Positions 1 to 9,905 of a DNA stretch of 64,000 nt are shown piece by piece. This DNA is from Longimicrobiales bacterium. GTDB lineage: Bacteria > Gemmatimonadota > Gemmatimonadetes > Longimicrobiales > Gaopeijiaceae. Within the stretch, counting starts at the first letter, position 1; each line of letters opens with the position of its first letter. The stretch is taken from contig CAXXKM010000001.1 in NCBI GenBank assembly GCA_963664435.2, positions 768,001-832,000 on the forward strand, given 5' to 3'. The notes below the pieces were generated by a model that did not search any database, was not told the DNA's origin, and saw nothing but the letters and a program-made list of their open reading frames with translations. A program made the translations under genes and the position numbers.

Positions 1-747
1 ACGCTCAAGTTCACGCGCGACGGGGAGCACGTGATGACGCTCGGGCGCTTCGATGAAACGGGGGGCAGCAACGACCCGACGCTCATGGGCCGGCCAGCCG
101 AGATCTGGGTCGATCCCGAGGACAACGAGGTGTTCATCGCGGACGGATACGGCAATCGGCGCGTGATCGTGGTCGATGGCGAGAGCGGGGAGTACCTGCG
201 GCACTGGGGCGCGTACGGGGAGCAGCCGGACGACGACTATGAATGGGATCCGATGTCGGGAGAGCCGTCCCGCCAGTTCCAGACCGCGCACGGGATCGCG
301 GGGTCCCGGGACGGACTCATCTATCTCGCGGACCGGGCCAACAACCGGATCCAGGTCTTCCGGCAGGGCGGCGAATACGTGATGGAGAAGATCGTGCGTC
401 CGCTGTGCCCGCCCGAGGGCGATCCGCTGCCGGACTGCGGGGGTTCAGCGGCCTTTTCCGTCGGTTTCTCGCCCGACGAGGCGCAGACCTGGCTCTACGT
501 TGCCGACGGGGGGTCGCATGTGATTCTGGTCCTGCGCCGTTCGGACCTGGAGGTCGTGGATGAGTTCGGGGGTCCCGGGGTGGGTCCCGGAGGGCTCGGC
601 CGCCCGCACAACCTGTCCATTGATCCCCAGGGGAACATGTTCGTGGCCGAAGCGGCCGGGCCCATGGTGGTCAACGCTGCCGGAGACAGTGTCCAGGCCG
701 GGTTCAGGGCGCAGAAGTTCGCGGTGCGGGGGACGGAGGGGAGTTAG
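1..747 (+). CDS. NHL-repeat beta-propeller protein (PAL/amidating lyase-like), 5'-truncated by window edge
   Basis: Frame is open from base 1. NHL-type motifs VFIADGYGNRRV, HGIA..DGLIYLADRANNRIQVF and RPHNLSIDPQGNMFVAE. Confidence 0.85.
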   Translation, partial: TLKFTRDGEHVMTLGRFDETGGSNDPTLMGRPAEIWVDPEDNEVFIADGYGNRRVIVVDGESGEYLRHWGAYGEQPDDDYEWDPMSGEPSRQFQTAHGIAGSRDGLIYLADRANNRIQVFRQGGEYVMEKIVRPLCPPEGDPLPDCGGSAAFSVGFSPDEAQTWLYVADGGSHVILVLRRSDLEVVDEFGGPGVGPGGLGRPHNLSIDPQGNMFVAEAAGPMVVNAAGDSVQAGFRAQKFAVRGTEGS

Positions 748-814
748 GGCTAGGCGCTCGATAGAGATGACGGGATGGATGACTCGATAGGCGACTCAGT
801 ACGGAGCGCTGTAG

Positions 815-3691
815 ATGATTGATGGAGGCATTCCGAGGCGCTCGGCGGCGGCGGGTCTTGCGTTCCTGGCCCTGGCCGGTCCCGTTGGGCTCGTGGCGCA
901 ATCGACGGGTGGCTCGCCCGGGCTCGATCGGGTGCTCGCGTTCCCGGCGGCGGTGGCCGAAGAGCGGCTCGATCCCGACCGGGGCGCGATGGGAGCCTGG
1001 CAACGCATCCTCAAGCTCCGCACGACGGCGAGTCTGCTGCATGTGACCGCCCATCCCGACGATGAGAACTCCGGTATGCTCACGCTGGCAAGCCGCGGCT
1101 GGGGGGCGCGCACTGCTCTTCTGAGCCTGAACCGGGGGGAAGCCGGCGCCAATGCCATCGGTCCCGAGCTCTTTGACGGTCTGGGGCTGATCCGTACGCG
1201 CGAGTTGGTTCTGGCGGGCCGCTACTACGGTCTGGACGACCTCTATTTCACCACGGCCGTGGACTACGGCTACTCCAAGTCGGTGGAGGAGGCCTACCGG
1301 AGCTGGGACCGGGAGGCGGTCCTGGAGGACATGGTGCGGGTGATCCGGCTGAACCGGCCGCTGGTGGTGGTGGCCCGGTTCCACGGGTCGAGGCGGGACG
1401 GACACGGGCATCACCACGCGTCGGGATTGCTGACGCCGCAGGCGGTGGAGGCGGCCGCGGATCCGGGCCGGTTCCCGGACCAGATCGAGCAGGAGGGGCT
1501 TCGGCCGTGGCGGGTGCTGCGAACCTACCGCGGTGGAATTCGCGTGGATGAGTCCTTCCACGTGGAGGTGGACGCACGCGGAGAGAGTCCCTGGGTCGGT
1601 ACCAGCTTTCAGCGATGGGCCAGCCGGGGGCTCGGGCTCCAGCGCTCGCAGACGGCGGGACGGGTGCGCACGGGGGGCGGGCTCTATCGATATGAGTTGC
1701 GGGATGGGGGCGGGGGCGACGGGGGGGCGAGCCGGTACACGCGCGGGCGAGGCGATGAAGGGTTGCCCCCGAGCCAGGCCGAGGATTCCTTCTTTGCCGG
1801 TGTGGACACCTCGCTGAACGGGCTCCCCACCCTGCTCGGCGAGACGGCGAGCCCGGAGACCCGCGCGTTGCTGGCGCAGCTTCAGGGACTGGTCGATGAG
1901 CTCATCGCCGGGTTCGACTTCCGTGCCCCGGGGCAGTCCGTACCGAATCTGGTGCGGGGTCTCGGTCTGTTGCGCTCCGCGATTGAATCCTCGACGGCAG
2001 CGCCTGAGACACGGTTCCACCTGCGGCTGAAGGAACAGCAGTTCGAAGACGCCATCGCCGCCGCTGGGGGCCTTCGCGTGGAGGCGGGACTGCCGGGTGG
2101 AGCGGCAGGCGCGGTGGTGGTGCCCGGCCAGATCCTGGCGGCCGGAATCGCGGTCGAGGCGTCCGGAGCTGCAGGTGTTGGGGTCTCGGAAGCGCGGATC
2201 GTCGACCGGGCCGGGGCCGTGCTGGGCCGGACTTCCGGCTTTGCTCGCACGGGGAATGGTTTTGCGGCCGAGGCGGAGGTGCGCGTGCCCGAGGCGGACG
2301 TGCGCGTGCCCGAGACGGGCGCCGATGCGATGGCCGCCGCTCCCTACTTCGCGCGCGAAGGGCTCGCCCGGAACCACTACCAGGTGGCGGACTCGGCGGA
2401 CCTGCACCTTCCGTGGCGGCGACCCGCCCTGTCGGTTGCCGTCGACCTGGTTGTGGACGGGACGACCATGGTGTACACCGCCCCCCTCACCGCCCCCGTG
2501 CCCCGCCTGCCGTACGGGTCGGTGACGCGCCCGGTCGAGGTGCTGCCGGCCGTGTCGGTCGTGGTCGATCCGGCGGTGCGGGTGGTTCCGGTGGGCAGTA
2601 CGGGCGCGCCACCCGGCGACGCACGACCGGGCGGTCCCACCCCCACATCAGAGCGCCCCACCGCGCCGGTGAACGGACCACGGGACCGTCCCACCCCCAC
2701 ATCCGACCGCCCGGCCACCTCGGCGAACCGCCAGACCGCCCCCATCCCCATCCACGTGCGCGTTACCGCCAACACCGCCCCCCTCCCCGTCACGACCCGC
2801 CTGGAAGTCCCGGCCGGCTGGGCCGCCGCGCCCGCCACCGTGGCGCACGACTTCGCCCGCACGGGCGAGGTCGCCGAGGTGGCCTTCGAGGTCGCCCCGC
2901 CGGACGGGTGGGAGGGCGCCGCCACCATCGAGGCGGTGTCGCGGGCGGGCGGGCGCGAATACCGCACCGGCTACCAGACCATCGACCACCGCGACCTCCG
3001 GCTGGCGCGGCTGTGGCGCCCCGCCACCACGACCGTGCGGTCGGTACCCGTCGCCCGCCTGGACGGCGCGCGCGTGGGATACGTGATGGGGGTCGGCGAC
3101 GAGGTCCCCACCGCCATCGAGGCGCTGGGTGCACAGGTCGAAATGCTCGACGCGACCGCCCTCGCCGACCCCGCGTCGCTCACCGGACTCGACGCCATCG
3201 TGGTCGGCACCCGGGCGTACGCGGTGCGCGAGGACCTGCTGGAGCACAACCAGCGCCTGATCGAGTACGCGCGCGCCGGCGGCCACCTGGTGATCCTCTA
3301 CCAGACCCAGGAGTTCGTGCCCGGGGAGATGGCCCCCTACCCCGCCTCCCTCCCGCGCGGCGCGGAGGAGGTCTCCGAAGAGGACGCCGCAGTGCGCCTG
3401 CTGCAGCCGGCCCATCCGTTCATGACAACGCCCAACCGCATCACCGAAGCCGACTTCGACGGGTGGGTCGAGCAGCGCGGGTCCAAGTTCTTCACCGAGT
3501 GGGACGCCGCGTACACCCCGCTGGTGGAAACCCACGACCAGGGGCAGGCCCCGCAGGAAGGGATCTGGCTCACCGCCGAAATCGGCGGGGGCCACTACAC
3601 CTACCTGGCCCTCGCCCTGCACCGCCAGCTGCCCTACGGCGTGCCGGGCGCGTACCGCATCCTCTCCAACGTGCTCTCCCCGGGTCGCTGA
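815..3691 (+). CDS. PIG-L/LmbE-family deacetylase, secreted, with C-terminal Ig-like and glutamine-amidotransferase-like domains
   Basis: Signal peptide; AHPDDE and GHGHH metal motifs; NRGEAGAN and DYGYSKS; C-terminal RVGYVMGVGD..GTRAY..WVEQRG. Confidence 0.9.
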   Translation: MIDGGIPRRSAAAGLAFLALAGPVGLVAQSTGGSPGLDRVLAFPAAVAEERLDPDRGAMGAWQRILKLRTTASLLHVTAHPDDENSGMLTLASRGWGARTALLSLNRGEAGANAIGPELFDGLGLIRTRELVLAGRYYGLDDLYFTTAVDYGYSKSVEEAYRSWDREAVLEDMVRVIRLNRPLVVVARFHGSRRDGHGHHHASGLLTPQAVEAAADPGRFPDQIEQEGLRPWRVLRTYRGGIRVDESFHVEVDARGESPWVGTSFQRWASRGLGLQRSQTAGRVRTGGGLYRYELRDGGGGDGGASRYTRGRGDEGLPPSQAEDSFFAGVDTSLNGLPTLLGETASPETRALLAQLQGLVDELIAGFDFRAPGQSVPNLVRGLGLLRSAIESSTAAPETRFHLRLKEQQFEDAIAAAGGLRVEAGLPGGAAGAVVVPGQILAAGIAVEASGAAGVGVSEARIVDRAGAVLGRTSGFARTGNGFAAEAEVRVPEADVRVPETGADAMAAAPYFAREGLARNHYQVADSADLHLPWRRPALSVAVDLVVDGTTMVYTAPLTAPVPRLPYGSVTRPVEVLPAVSVVVDPAVRVVPVGSTGAPPGDARPGGPTPTSERPTAPVNGPRDRPTPTSDRPATSANRQTAPIPIHVRVTANTAPLPVTTRLEVPAGWAAAPATVAHDFARTGEVAEVAFEVAPPDGWEGAATIEAVSRAGGREYRTGYQTIDHRDLRLARLWRPATTTVRSVPVARLDGARVGYVMGVGDEVPTAIEALGAQVEMLDATALADPASLTGLDAIVVGTRAYAVREDLLEHNQRLIEYARAGGHLVILYQTQEFVPGEMAPYPASLPRGAEEVSEEDAAVRLLQPAHPFMTTPNRITEADFDGWVEQRGSKFFTEWDAAYTPLVETHDQGQAPQEGIWLTAEIGGGHYTYLALALHRQLPYGVPGAYRILSNVLSPGR
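2270..2311 (+). repeat. In-frame 21-bp tandem duplication
   Basis: GAGGCGGAGGTGCGCGTGCCC followed by GAGGCGGACGTGCGCGTGCCC (EAEVRVP/EADVRVP). Confidence 0.85.
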
Positions 3692-3702
3692 ACCCCTGAC
3701 CC

Positions 3703-5505
3703 ATGGCCCTGACCTCCCTCGACTGGATCGTCGTCGCCATCTACGGCGCCGTGGTCCTCGCCATCGGCTTCGGCATGGCGCGGCGTGCGAGCGGCAGCGT
3801 GGAGAACTACTTCATCGCCGGACGGTCACTCCCCTGGTGGCTGGCGGGCACCTCCATCGCCGCGACCTGGTTCGCCAGCGACGCGCCCCTCGCCACCGCC
3901 GCCCTGGTGCGCCAGCAGGGCATCTTCGGGAACTGGCTGTGGTGGTACGAGGCGGCCGGCATTCTCATGCTGACCTTCTTCTACGCCCGTCTGTGGCGCC
4001 GCGCCGGGGTCATCACCGACGCCGAGGTGATCGAGATCCGCTACGGCGGCGCGCCCGCCCGCATCCTGCGCGCCTTCTCCGCCGTCTACCAGGGACTGAT
4101 CAGGAACGCCGTGGTGATGGGCTGGGTCATGCTGGCGATGGTGAAGTTCAGCAGCGTGCTCCTGGGATGGGACCCCGCGCTCACCCTGACCGTCTGCGTC
4201 GGGCTGGCGCTGGCCTATACCGTGGCGTCGGGGCTCTGGGGCGTCGTGGTCACCGACCTGATCCAGTTCATCGCCGGCATGCTCGGCGCGCTGACCCTCG
4301 CCGGCATCGTGCTGAACCGCTTCGGCGGCCCCGCCGCCATGGCGGAAGCCATCCGGAACGTCCCACAAGCCCCTCCCGGCGCCCTCGACCTGGTGCCGAC
4401 CGCAGCCAACGCCTCCTCGCTCGAGATGGTGTCGTTCCTCTGCCTGATCGGCATCCTCTGGCTGAGAAGCGGACAGGGCGACGGCTACGTGGCCCAGCGC
4501 CTGTTCGCGACCCGGGACGAGCGTCAGGCGGTGAAGGCGTCGCTCTGGTTCGCCTTCGCCGGAACGGTCCTCCTTACATGGCCGTGGATCGTGGTCGGTC
4601 TCGGATCGCTGCTGGTCTTCCCGCCCGCGGCCATGGACGCCGCGCTCGCCGCCGACCCCGAGCTCGCCTACCCCATGATGATCCGCGACCTCATGCCCGC
4701 CGGGCTCAGGGGACTGATGGTCGCGACCTTCCTGGCGGCCTTCATGAGCACCATGGACACGCACCTGTGCTGGGGCGCGTCGTACATGGTCAACGACGTC
4801 TACCGGCGCTTCATGCGCCCCGGCCGCTCCGAGCGCCACTACGTCGCGGCCTCACGGGTCGCGGTCGTGCTGCTGGCCGGGGTCGCGGCAGTGGTGGCCT
4901 GGCAGATGGACTCCATCCAGCGCGGCTGGATCTACATCATCGAGATCACCGCGGGCATTGCGCTGGTCTGGCTCCTCAGATGGTACTGGTGGAGGGTCAA
5001 CGCCTGGGCGGAGATCGCCGCCATGGCCGGCTCGGTCGTGCTGGCCAACACCCGGGTGCTGCTCGGGCTGATCGAGCCCGTCGTCCCCGGCGCCGTGCTC
5101 CAGGCCGTCGACGTCATGTACGCGCCCGGGATGGACCTCGTTCGCGGCGTGATCATCCTGATCGTCTGCACCGTTCTCTGGGTAACGGTCGCCCTGGCGA
5201 CGAAGCCCGAGTCCGACGAGGTGCTGGACGGCTTCTACCGCAGGGTGCACCCCGGCGGCTGGTGGGACCGGGTCGCGCGCCGCACCGGCGTCACCACGAA
5301 CGACCCGTCGGCGGGCCGCATGTGGATGGGCTTCCTGCTCGGGGCGCTCTTCGTCTACGCCAGCCTGCTCGGCGTCGGTTATCTTCTGACCGGGAAGGCC
5401 ATCGCGGGCACGCTTCTTGTTGTCGTCTCACTGGGCGCGGGTGCGCTGGCGGTTCGGAGCGCGCACGCCAACGCCGGAGAGACTCCCGCGGGCACCGCGT
5501 CCTGA
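3703..5505 (+). CDS. Sodium:solute symporter family protein
   Basis: About 13-14 TM segments; YFIAGRSLPWWLAGTS, QRLFATRDE and AAFMSTMDT motifs. Confidence 0.92.
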   Translation: MALTSLDWIVVAIYGAVVLAIGFGMARRASGSVENYFIAGRSLPWWLAGTSIAATWFASDAPLATAALVRQQGIFGNWLWWYEAAGILMLTFFYARLWRRAGVITDAEVIEIRYGGAPARILRAFSAVYQGLIRNAVVMGWVMLAMVKFSSVLLGWDPALTLTVCVGLALAYTVASGLWGVVVTDLIQFIAGMLGALTLAGIVLNRFGGPAAMAEAIRNVPQAPPGALDLVPTAANASSLEMVSFLCLIGILWLRSGQGDGYVAQRLFATRDERQAVKASLWFAFAGTVLLTWPWIVVGLGSLLVFPPAAMDAALAADPELAYPMMIRDLMPAGLRGLMVATFLAAFMSTMDTHLCWGASYMVNDVYRRFMRPGRSERHYVAASRVAVVLLAGVAAVVAWQMDSIQRGWIYIIEITAGIALVWLLRWYWWRVNAWAEIAAMAGSVVLANTRVLLGLIEPVVPGAVLQAVDVMYAPGMDLVRGVIILIVCTVLWVTVALATKPESDEVLDGFYRRVHPGGWWDRVARRTGVTTNDPSAGRMWMGFLLGALFVYASLLGVGYLLTGKAIAGTLLVVVSLGAGALAVRSAHANAGETPAGTAS

Positions 5506-5562
5506 CCGCGCACGCGTTATTCGGATCAGTGACCGCGGCGGAGAGTACCAGCGATCTCATCC

Positions 5563-5618
5563 GGGGAAGCCATCCCGATGACCGAGGAACGATCCCAGTG
5601 AAGGAAGCCATCCGATGA
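5563..5618 (+). repeat. Three degenerate ~19-bp tandem copies of the RBS/start region
   Basis: GGAAGCCATCCCGATGA / GGAACGATCCCAGTGA / GGAAGCCATCCGATGA; the last copy holds the GH4 ATG. Confidence 0.7.
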
Positions 5619-7159
5619 AAGTCGTCCTGGTAGGCGCCGGAAGCCGCGAGTTCGGACCCGCCTCCATCCGCGACCTGCTGCTGAGCAATGCGCTCTGCGA
5701 GAGCGGGCTCGACATCGTCCTCATGGACCTCGACGCATCCGAGCTCCCCCGGATGAAGGCCTACGCGGAAGCCGTCGCCGAGCGCCTGGGCCGCTCGCCC
5801 CGGCTATCCGTCACGACCCGCCTCGCCGACGCGCTCCCGGGAGCCGACGCGGTCGTGATGGCCATCGAGCTCGACCGCTACTTCTACTGGGCCCAGGACT
5901 TCCACATCCCGCGCACCTTCGGCTTCCCCCAGATCTACGGCGAGAACGGCGGGCCCGGCGGGCTCTTCCACGCGCTCCGCAACATGGGCCCGTGCGTCGA
6001 CGTGGCGCGTGCGATGGAGGCGCACTGCCCGGACGCGTGGCTCCTCAACTACACCAACCCGCTCACCAAGCTGTGCGAGGCCCAGTCCCGGCTGACGGAC
6101 GTGCGCGTGGTGGGTCTCTGCCACGGGGTCTTTCACGGCATCGAGCAGATGGCCCGCATCCTCGGCGTCCCAACCGGACAGCTCGACGCCCGCGCCAGCG
6201 GCATCAACCACTTCACCTGGTTCGAGTCGGTGCGCGACCGCGAAACCGGCGAGGACCTCTATCCGCGCCTCAGGGAGCGCGAGCGCGAGGCCCACCTGCT
6301 GCACGACTGGGACGAGATCGCCCTCAGCCGCATCCTGTTCCGCGTCTTCGGCCGCTTTCCCAGCCCCGGCGCCAACCACATCGGCGAGTATCTGGGATGG
6401 GCGCAGGAGTTTCTCGGCAGCAGCGCGGTCCAGTTCTTCTACGATCCCGTCGAGGGCGCGCCCTGGGAGACCGGCGAGGTGCCGACCTGGATCTACAACC
6501 TCGCCGACCATCCCACCGACATGCCCGCGTTTCCGGGCGGCCCGGTGCCCCGCATGAAGCCGACCCGGGAGCAGAGGGCTGCCGCGGCCGAAGCGCGAGC
6601 GGCACGCGCGGGGGGAGATGCCGGAAACGCGGACGGCTCCGGGCGCACGGATGGAGGATCCGGGAACGGAATCGGCGCAGGATCGGGAGACGGAACCGGC
6701 GGCGGCTCCGGGGCCGACGCATCCCCGGGCAACGGACCGGCCTCGGTGGGCGGACTGGAGTTCCCCGGCCCCCTGACCCCCTCCGGCGAGCTGGCCGTCC
6801 CGCTGCTGGAGGGCATCCTGTGCGGTGTCGAGACCTATCTCGACGCGGTGAACGTCCCGAACCGGGGCCATGTCCCGGGCCTCCCCGACGGCTCTGTCGT
6901 CGAGGTGCCTGCGCGCGTGGACGCGAGCGGGCTCCATCCGCGGAAAATGGGACGGCTGCCCGAGGGGATCCTGTCGCTGCTGCGCACCCAGACCAGCATC
7001 CACCAGCTCCTCGTGGATGCCTTTGCGCGCGGATCCCGGCAGACCCTGCTCCAGGCGCTGATGCTCGATCCCACGACCCATTCCTACCGCGCCGCGGTCA
7101 ACCTCATCAACGAGATGTTCCGCGTGCAGGGGGATGTGCTGCCGGAGATGGGGTGGTAG
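5615..7159 (+). CDS. Glycoside hydrolase family 4 (NAD+/Mn2+-dependent alpha-glucosidase/alpha-galactosidase type)
   Basis: N-terminal VGAGS Rossmann motif; GENGGPGG, LNYTNP, GLCHG and GINHF; C-terminal ALMLDP. Confidence 0.92.
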   Translation: MKVVLVGAGSREFGPASIRDLLLSNALCESGLDIVLMDLDASELPRMKAYAEAVAERLGRSPRLSVTTRLADALPGADAVVMAIELDRYFYWAQDFHIPRTFGFPQIYGENGGPGGLFHALRNMGPCVDVARAMEAHCPDAWLLNYTNPLTKLCEAQSRLTDVRVVGLCHGVFHGIEQMARILGVPTGQLDARASGINHFTWFESVRDRETGEDLYPRLREREREAHLLHDWDEIALSRILFRVFGRFPSPGANHIGEYLGWAQEFLGSSAVQFFYDPVEGAPWETGEVPTWIYNLADHPTDMPAFPGGPVPRMKPTREQRAAAAEARAARAGGDAGNADGSGRTDGGSGNGIGAGSGDGTGGGSGADASPGNGPASVGGLEFPGPLTPSGELAVPLLEGILCGVETYLDAVNVPNRGHVPGLPDGSVVEVPARVDASGLHPRKMGRLPEGILSLLRTQTSIHQLLVDAFARGSRQTLLQALMLDPTTHSYRAAVNLINEMFRVQGDVLPEMGW

Positions 7160-7234
7160 CGGGAAGCGCGTGATGAAGCGTCACTTCCGTTTGCCGGATC
7201 GAGCCGCGGACAATCCGGGCGGGCGCATGACGCC

Positions 7235-7474
7235 GTGACCAGGAGACGCCCCCCGTATCGGCGCAGCCTTCATCACGATGTCGCCGTGATCCGCACCTAC
7301 AGCTACCGCTACCAGGGCGAGGTGGCGCGCGCGATCCTCGATGCGGCGGGCATCCCCTGCGTGCTGCAGGTGGACGACTCGGGCGGTTCCGAGATCGGCA
7401 TGGCGTTCGCGAACCCGGCCCGGCTGCTGGTCAGGGTCGAGGACCTGGAGCGGGCGGAGGAGCTCCTGGAGTGA
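7235..7474 (+). CDS. Small putative signal-transducing protein (DUF2007-like)
   Basis: EVARAILDAAGIPC and RLLVRVEDLERAEELL pattern. Confidence 0.7.
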   Translation: MTRRRPPYRRSLHHDVAVIRTYSYRYQGEVARAILDAAGIPCVLQVDDSGGSEIGMAFANPARLLVRVEDLERAEELLE

Positions 7475-7537
7475 GAAGCGGGGCCTCGCGGGATCGAGGC
7501 CGCTTGGCGGGAGCGTCCCGTTCCTCGGCCGAGCCGC

Positions 7538-8260
7538 CTACCGCACCGGGCGGGCGTACCAGCCGCCCCAGACGGCCTTCCACCGCCGGAAGAGCGCGAT
7601 GAAGAGCGGATTGGTCCAGACGAGGGTCTTCCACACGGGCCACTCGTCGAAGCGGCGACTGGAAGGTCTCACGCGCGGCGCCCGAATCACGCGAACACTG
7701 CCCCGCGTCTTCCGCGCCAGCTTCCTCAGCTCCGCGTAGAAGTCGGTATCCTCGCCCATCCAGACATCCTCCGGATAGCCGCCCACCTCGTCGAACGCTG
7801 ACCTGCGGCAGAACTGGGTGGCCCCCTGTACCAGCGGGATCACCGAGGCCAGCACCCGCCACGCCCGCAGGTGCAGCCGGACAACCAGACGCCGCGGATG
7901 GTGTTCGGTGTCCACGCCGCCGCCGAGGCACTGCGGATCGCCCATGGTCTCGTGAATGACCCCGAGGAGGTCGCGCGGGATGTGAACGTCCGCGTCCACG
8001 AAGACCAGCACCTCGCCCGAAGCACGGCGCGCCCCCGTGTTGCGCGCGCGGCCGATGCTCCGGACGGGTTCGTGGACGACGGTGGCACCCCTGTCCCGCG
8101 CGATGGCGGCGGTAGCGTCGGTGCTGTCGTTGTCGACAACGATGGTCTCGACGCCCACGCCGGATCGCGCGCGGACGTGATCCGCGGCGGCTCGGATGGA
8201 GTCGAGGGTGGCCGGGAGCCATGCCTCTTCGTTGTGGGCGGGGACGATCACCGAAATCAT
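7538..8260 (-). CDS. Glycosyltransferase family 2
   Basis: ISVIVPAHNEE, VVDNDSTD, ARNTG, VFVDAD (DxD) and GED motifs. Confidence 0.92.
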   Translation of the reverse strand: MISVIVPAHNEEAWLPATLDSIRAAADHVRARSGVGVETIVVDNDSTDATAAIARDRGATVVHEPVRSIGRARNTGARRASGEVLVFVDADVHIPRDLLGVIHETMGDPQCLGGGVDTEHHPRRLVVRLHLRAWRVLASVIPLVQGATQFCRRSAFDEVGGYPEDVWMGEDTDFYAELRKLARKTRGSVRVIRAPRVRPSSRRFDEWPVWKTLVWTNPLFIALFRRWKAVWGGWYARPVR

Positions 8261-8302
8261 GACACTCTGCCGCTTCCGATCGGCGCGCAGGCCGGGGTCG
8301 GA

Positions 8303-9775
8303 TCAGCGAATCGGCACCCGGACCCAGATCTGATGGGTCAGCACGGTGACATCCTGGAGAGTCAGCGCGCCCCGGGGCGCGGCGATGAAATCCGGGGACG
8401 CCGGTGCCGCCGCCATCTCCTCCTGGGGGAAGAACTCATCGATGCCCGGGAAGCCGGTACCCGACGTGATGCGGGTGCTCGAGTGCAACTCGAAGTCGCG
8501 GGAGCGGAAGTGGACCCCGAACGAGGGCGTCCACTCCGTCCACGCCTCGTCCTGATCGCGCGAAGTGGCTTCGACATGGTCGTCCTGCTCCAGATGATAG
8601 GCGTAGGACCGAGCCTCCAGGCCCAGCTGGAAACCGAACCTGTCGTAACGCTGTGATAACCCGGACCGCAAGACGACGTTGGAGAACGTGAAGTGGTTCT
8701 CGATCGTCATGTCCCCGATTTCCAGGACGCCCCTGGGCGTTTCCATGCGACGATCGGCCTCCTGCCAGGTGTGGCTCCAGATGGGCTGGTAGGCGACGTC
8801 GATGCCGAAGGAGGTCGACTTCCGGTGGCGCCCGATGCCGAAGCCCATCTCGTAGGCCCAGGTCGTTCCCGGGTCGCGCGGGATGTTCTGGATCTCGTAG
8901 TTGGGGATCTTGGGATGCGACTTGTGGTTCGCGGTCAGGGTCGCGCCGATGCGCCATCCTTCCGCCCCCAGCTGCCGGTCCCACTCGAGGTGCCCGCCCA
9001 GCGTGCGGGTCTTGTCCTCGTTGAGCTCTTCCCGGAACTCGAACGTGGGTTCCCAGGTGACGGTGTCCCGGGCGACGACGTCGGAGTAGTGCACCTCGTG
9101 CTCCATGGAGACCCGGTTGTGGATGAACGTGAGGCCGATGCGGTCCCGCTCTCCGTCACGGAAGACGCCCGCGCGCAGGTCGGTGACGGCGCCCTGCTGG
9201 TCAATGCGGTCGGCTCCCGCGTAGAGCTGGTCCACGCCGGTCATCATGTTGAGACCCGCCCGGAAGACGGCGAGCCCGACCGACCAGTCCGAGTCGGCCA
9301 GCTTCCGGCCGATGGCCGCGCGCCCGTACAGGTTGCGCGCCGACCGCTCCGACAGCCGCCCGGGCCAGAAGCCGCCCCGCCGACTGCCGCTCAGCTGCTG
9401 GAGCGCCACCGATGCCCCTCCGAACCAGGCGCCGTCGCGCAGGAGACCCGTGAAGGGGAAAGTCTTCCCGCCGCCGCCCTCGTCGGACACTCCGTAGAAG
9501 GTCGGGGCTCCGATGATGACGGACTCCTGGATGAACATGCCCTTCGCGGGATTCGACCAGAGGTCGGCGATCGAATCGTCCACGGCGATAGTCGTGCCGG
9601 CCATCCCAAGCGTTTCCGACGGTACGGTGAGGAACTGGTCGCCGCTCGCGACCGGGACGGTGCGGATGGGGATGAGCTGGGCGCTGAGCGGGGAGAAGGA
9701 AAGAAGGGAGGCAATCAGGATTGCGATGGGCGCCGGGATGCGATTCCGGGGCTTGCTGGTCTTATTCCGAGACAT
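8303..9775 (-). CDS. Secreted, probable outer-membrane beta-barrel protein
   Basis: Signal peptide ending PLSA-Q; alternating aromatic beta-strand pattern; C-terminal strand QIWVRVPIR. Start could alternatively be 9832. Confidence 0.65.
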   Translation of the reverse strand: MSRNKTSKPRNRIPAPIAILIASLLSFSPLSAQLIPIRTVPVASGDQFLTVPSETLGMAGTTIAVDDSIADLWSNPAKGMFIQESVIIGAPTFYGVSDEGGGGKTFPFTGLLRDGAWFGGASVALQQLSGSRRGGFWPGRLSERSARNLYGRAAIGRKLADSDWSVGLAVFRAGLNMMTGVDQLYAGADRIDQQGAVTDLRAGVFRDGERDRIGLTFIHNRVSMEHEVHYSDVVARDTVTWEPTFEFREELNEDKTRTLGGHLEWDRQLGAEGWRIGATLTANHKSHPKIPNYEIQNIPRDPGTTWAYEMGFGIGRHRKSTSFGIDVAYQPIWSHTWQEADRRMETPRGVLEIGDMTIENHFTFSNVVLRSGLSQRYDRFGFQLGLEARSYAYHLEQDDHVEATSRDQDEAWTEWTPSFGVHFRSRDFELHSSTRITSGTGFPGIDEFFPQEEMAAAPASPDFIAAPRGALTLQDVTVLTHQIWVRVPIR

Positions 9776-9831
9776 TTTTCCGAACCACGTTCTTGATGAT
9801 GAGTCTGCCCTCAGGCAGGTGGCGACGTACA

Positions 9832-9868
9832 TCCGAAGAGCGACCGGGAGGCCCGGTTTGTGACGGAT
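9832..9868 (-). promoter_or_regulatory. Putative ECF sigma promoter (GTCACA-N16-CGCT)
   Basis: Minus strand ATCCGTCACA-N8-CTCCCGGTCG, near-identical to the site upstream of the sigma gene. Confidence 0.65.
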
Positions 9869-9905
9869 GGCCGAAGGCCGGGCTTGAGGATGCAGGGGTG
9901 GGACG

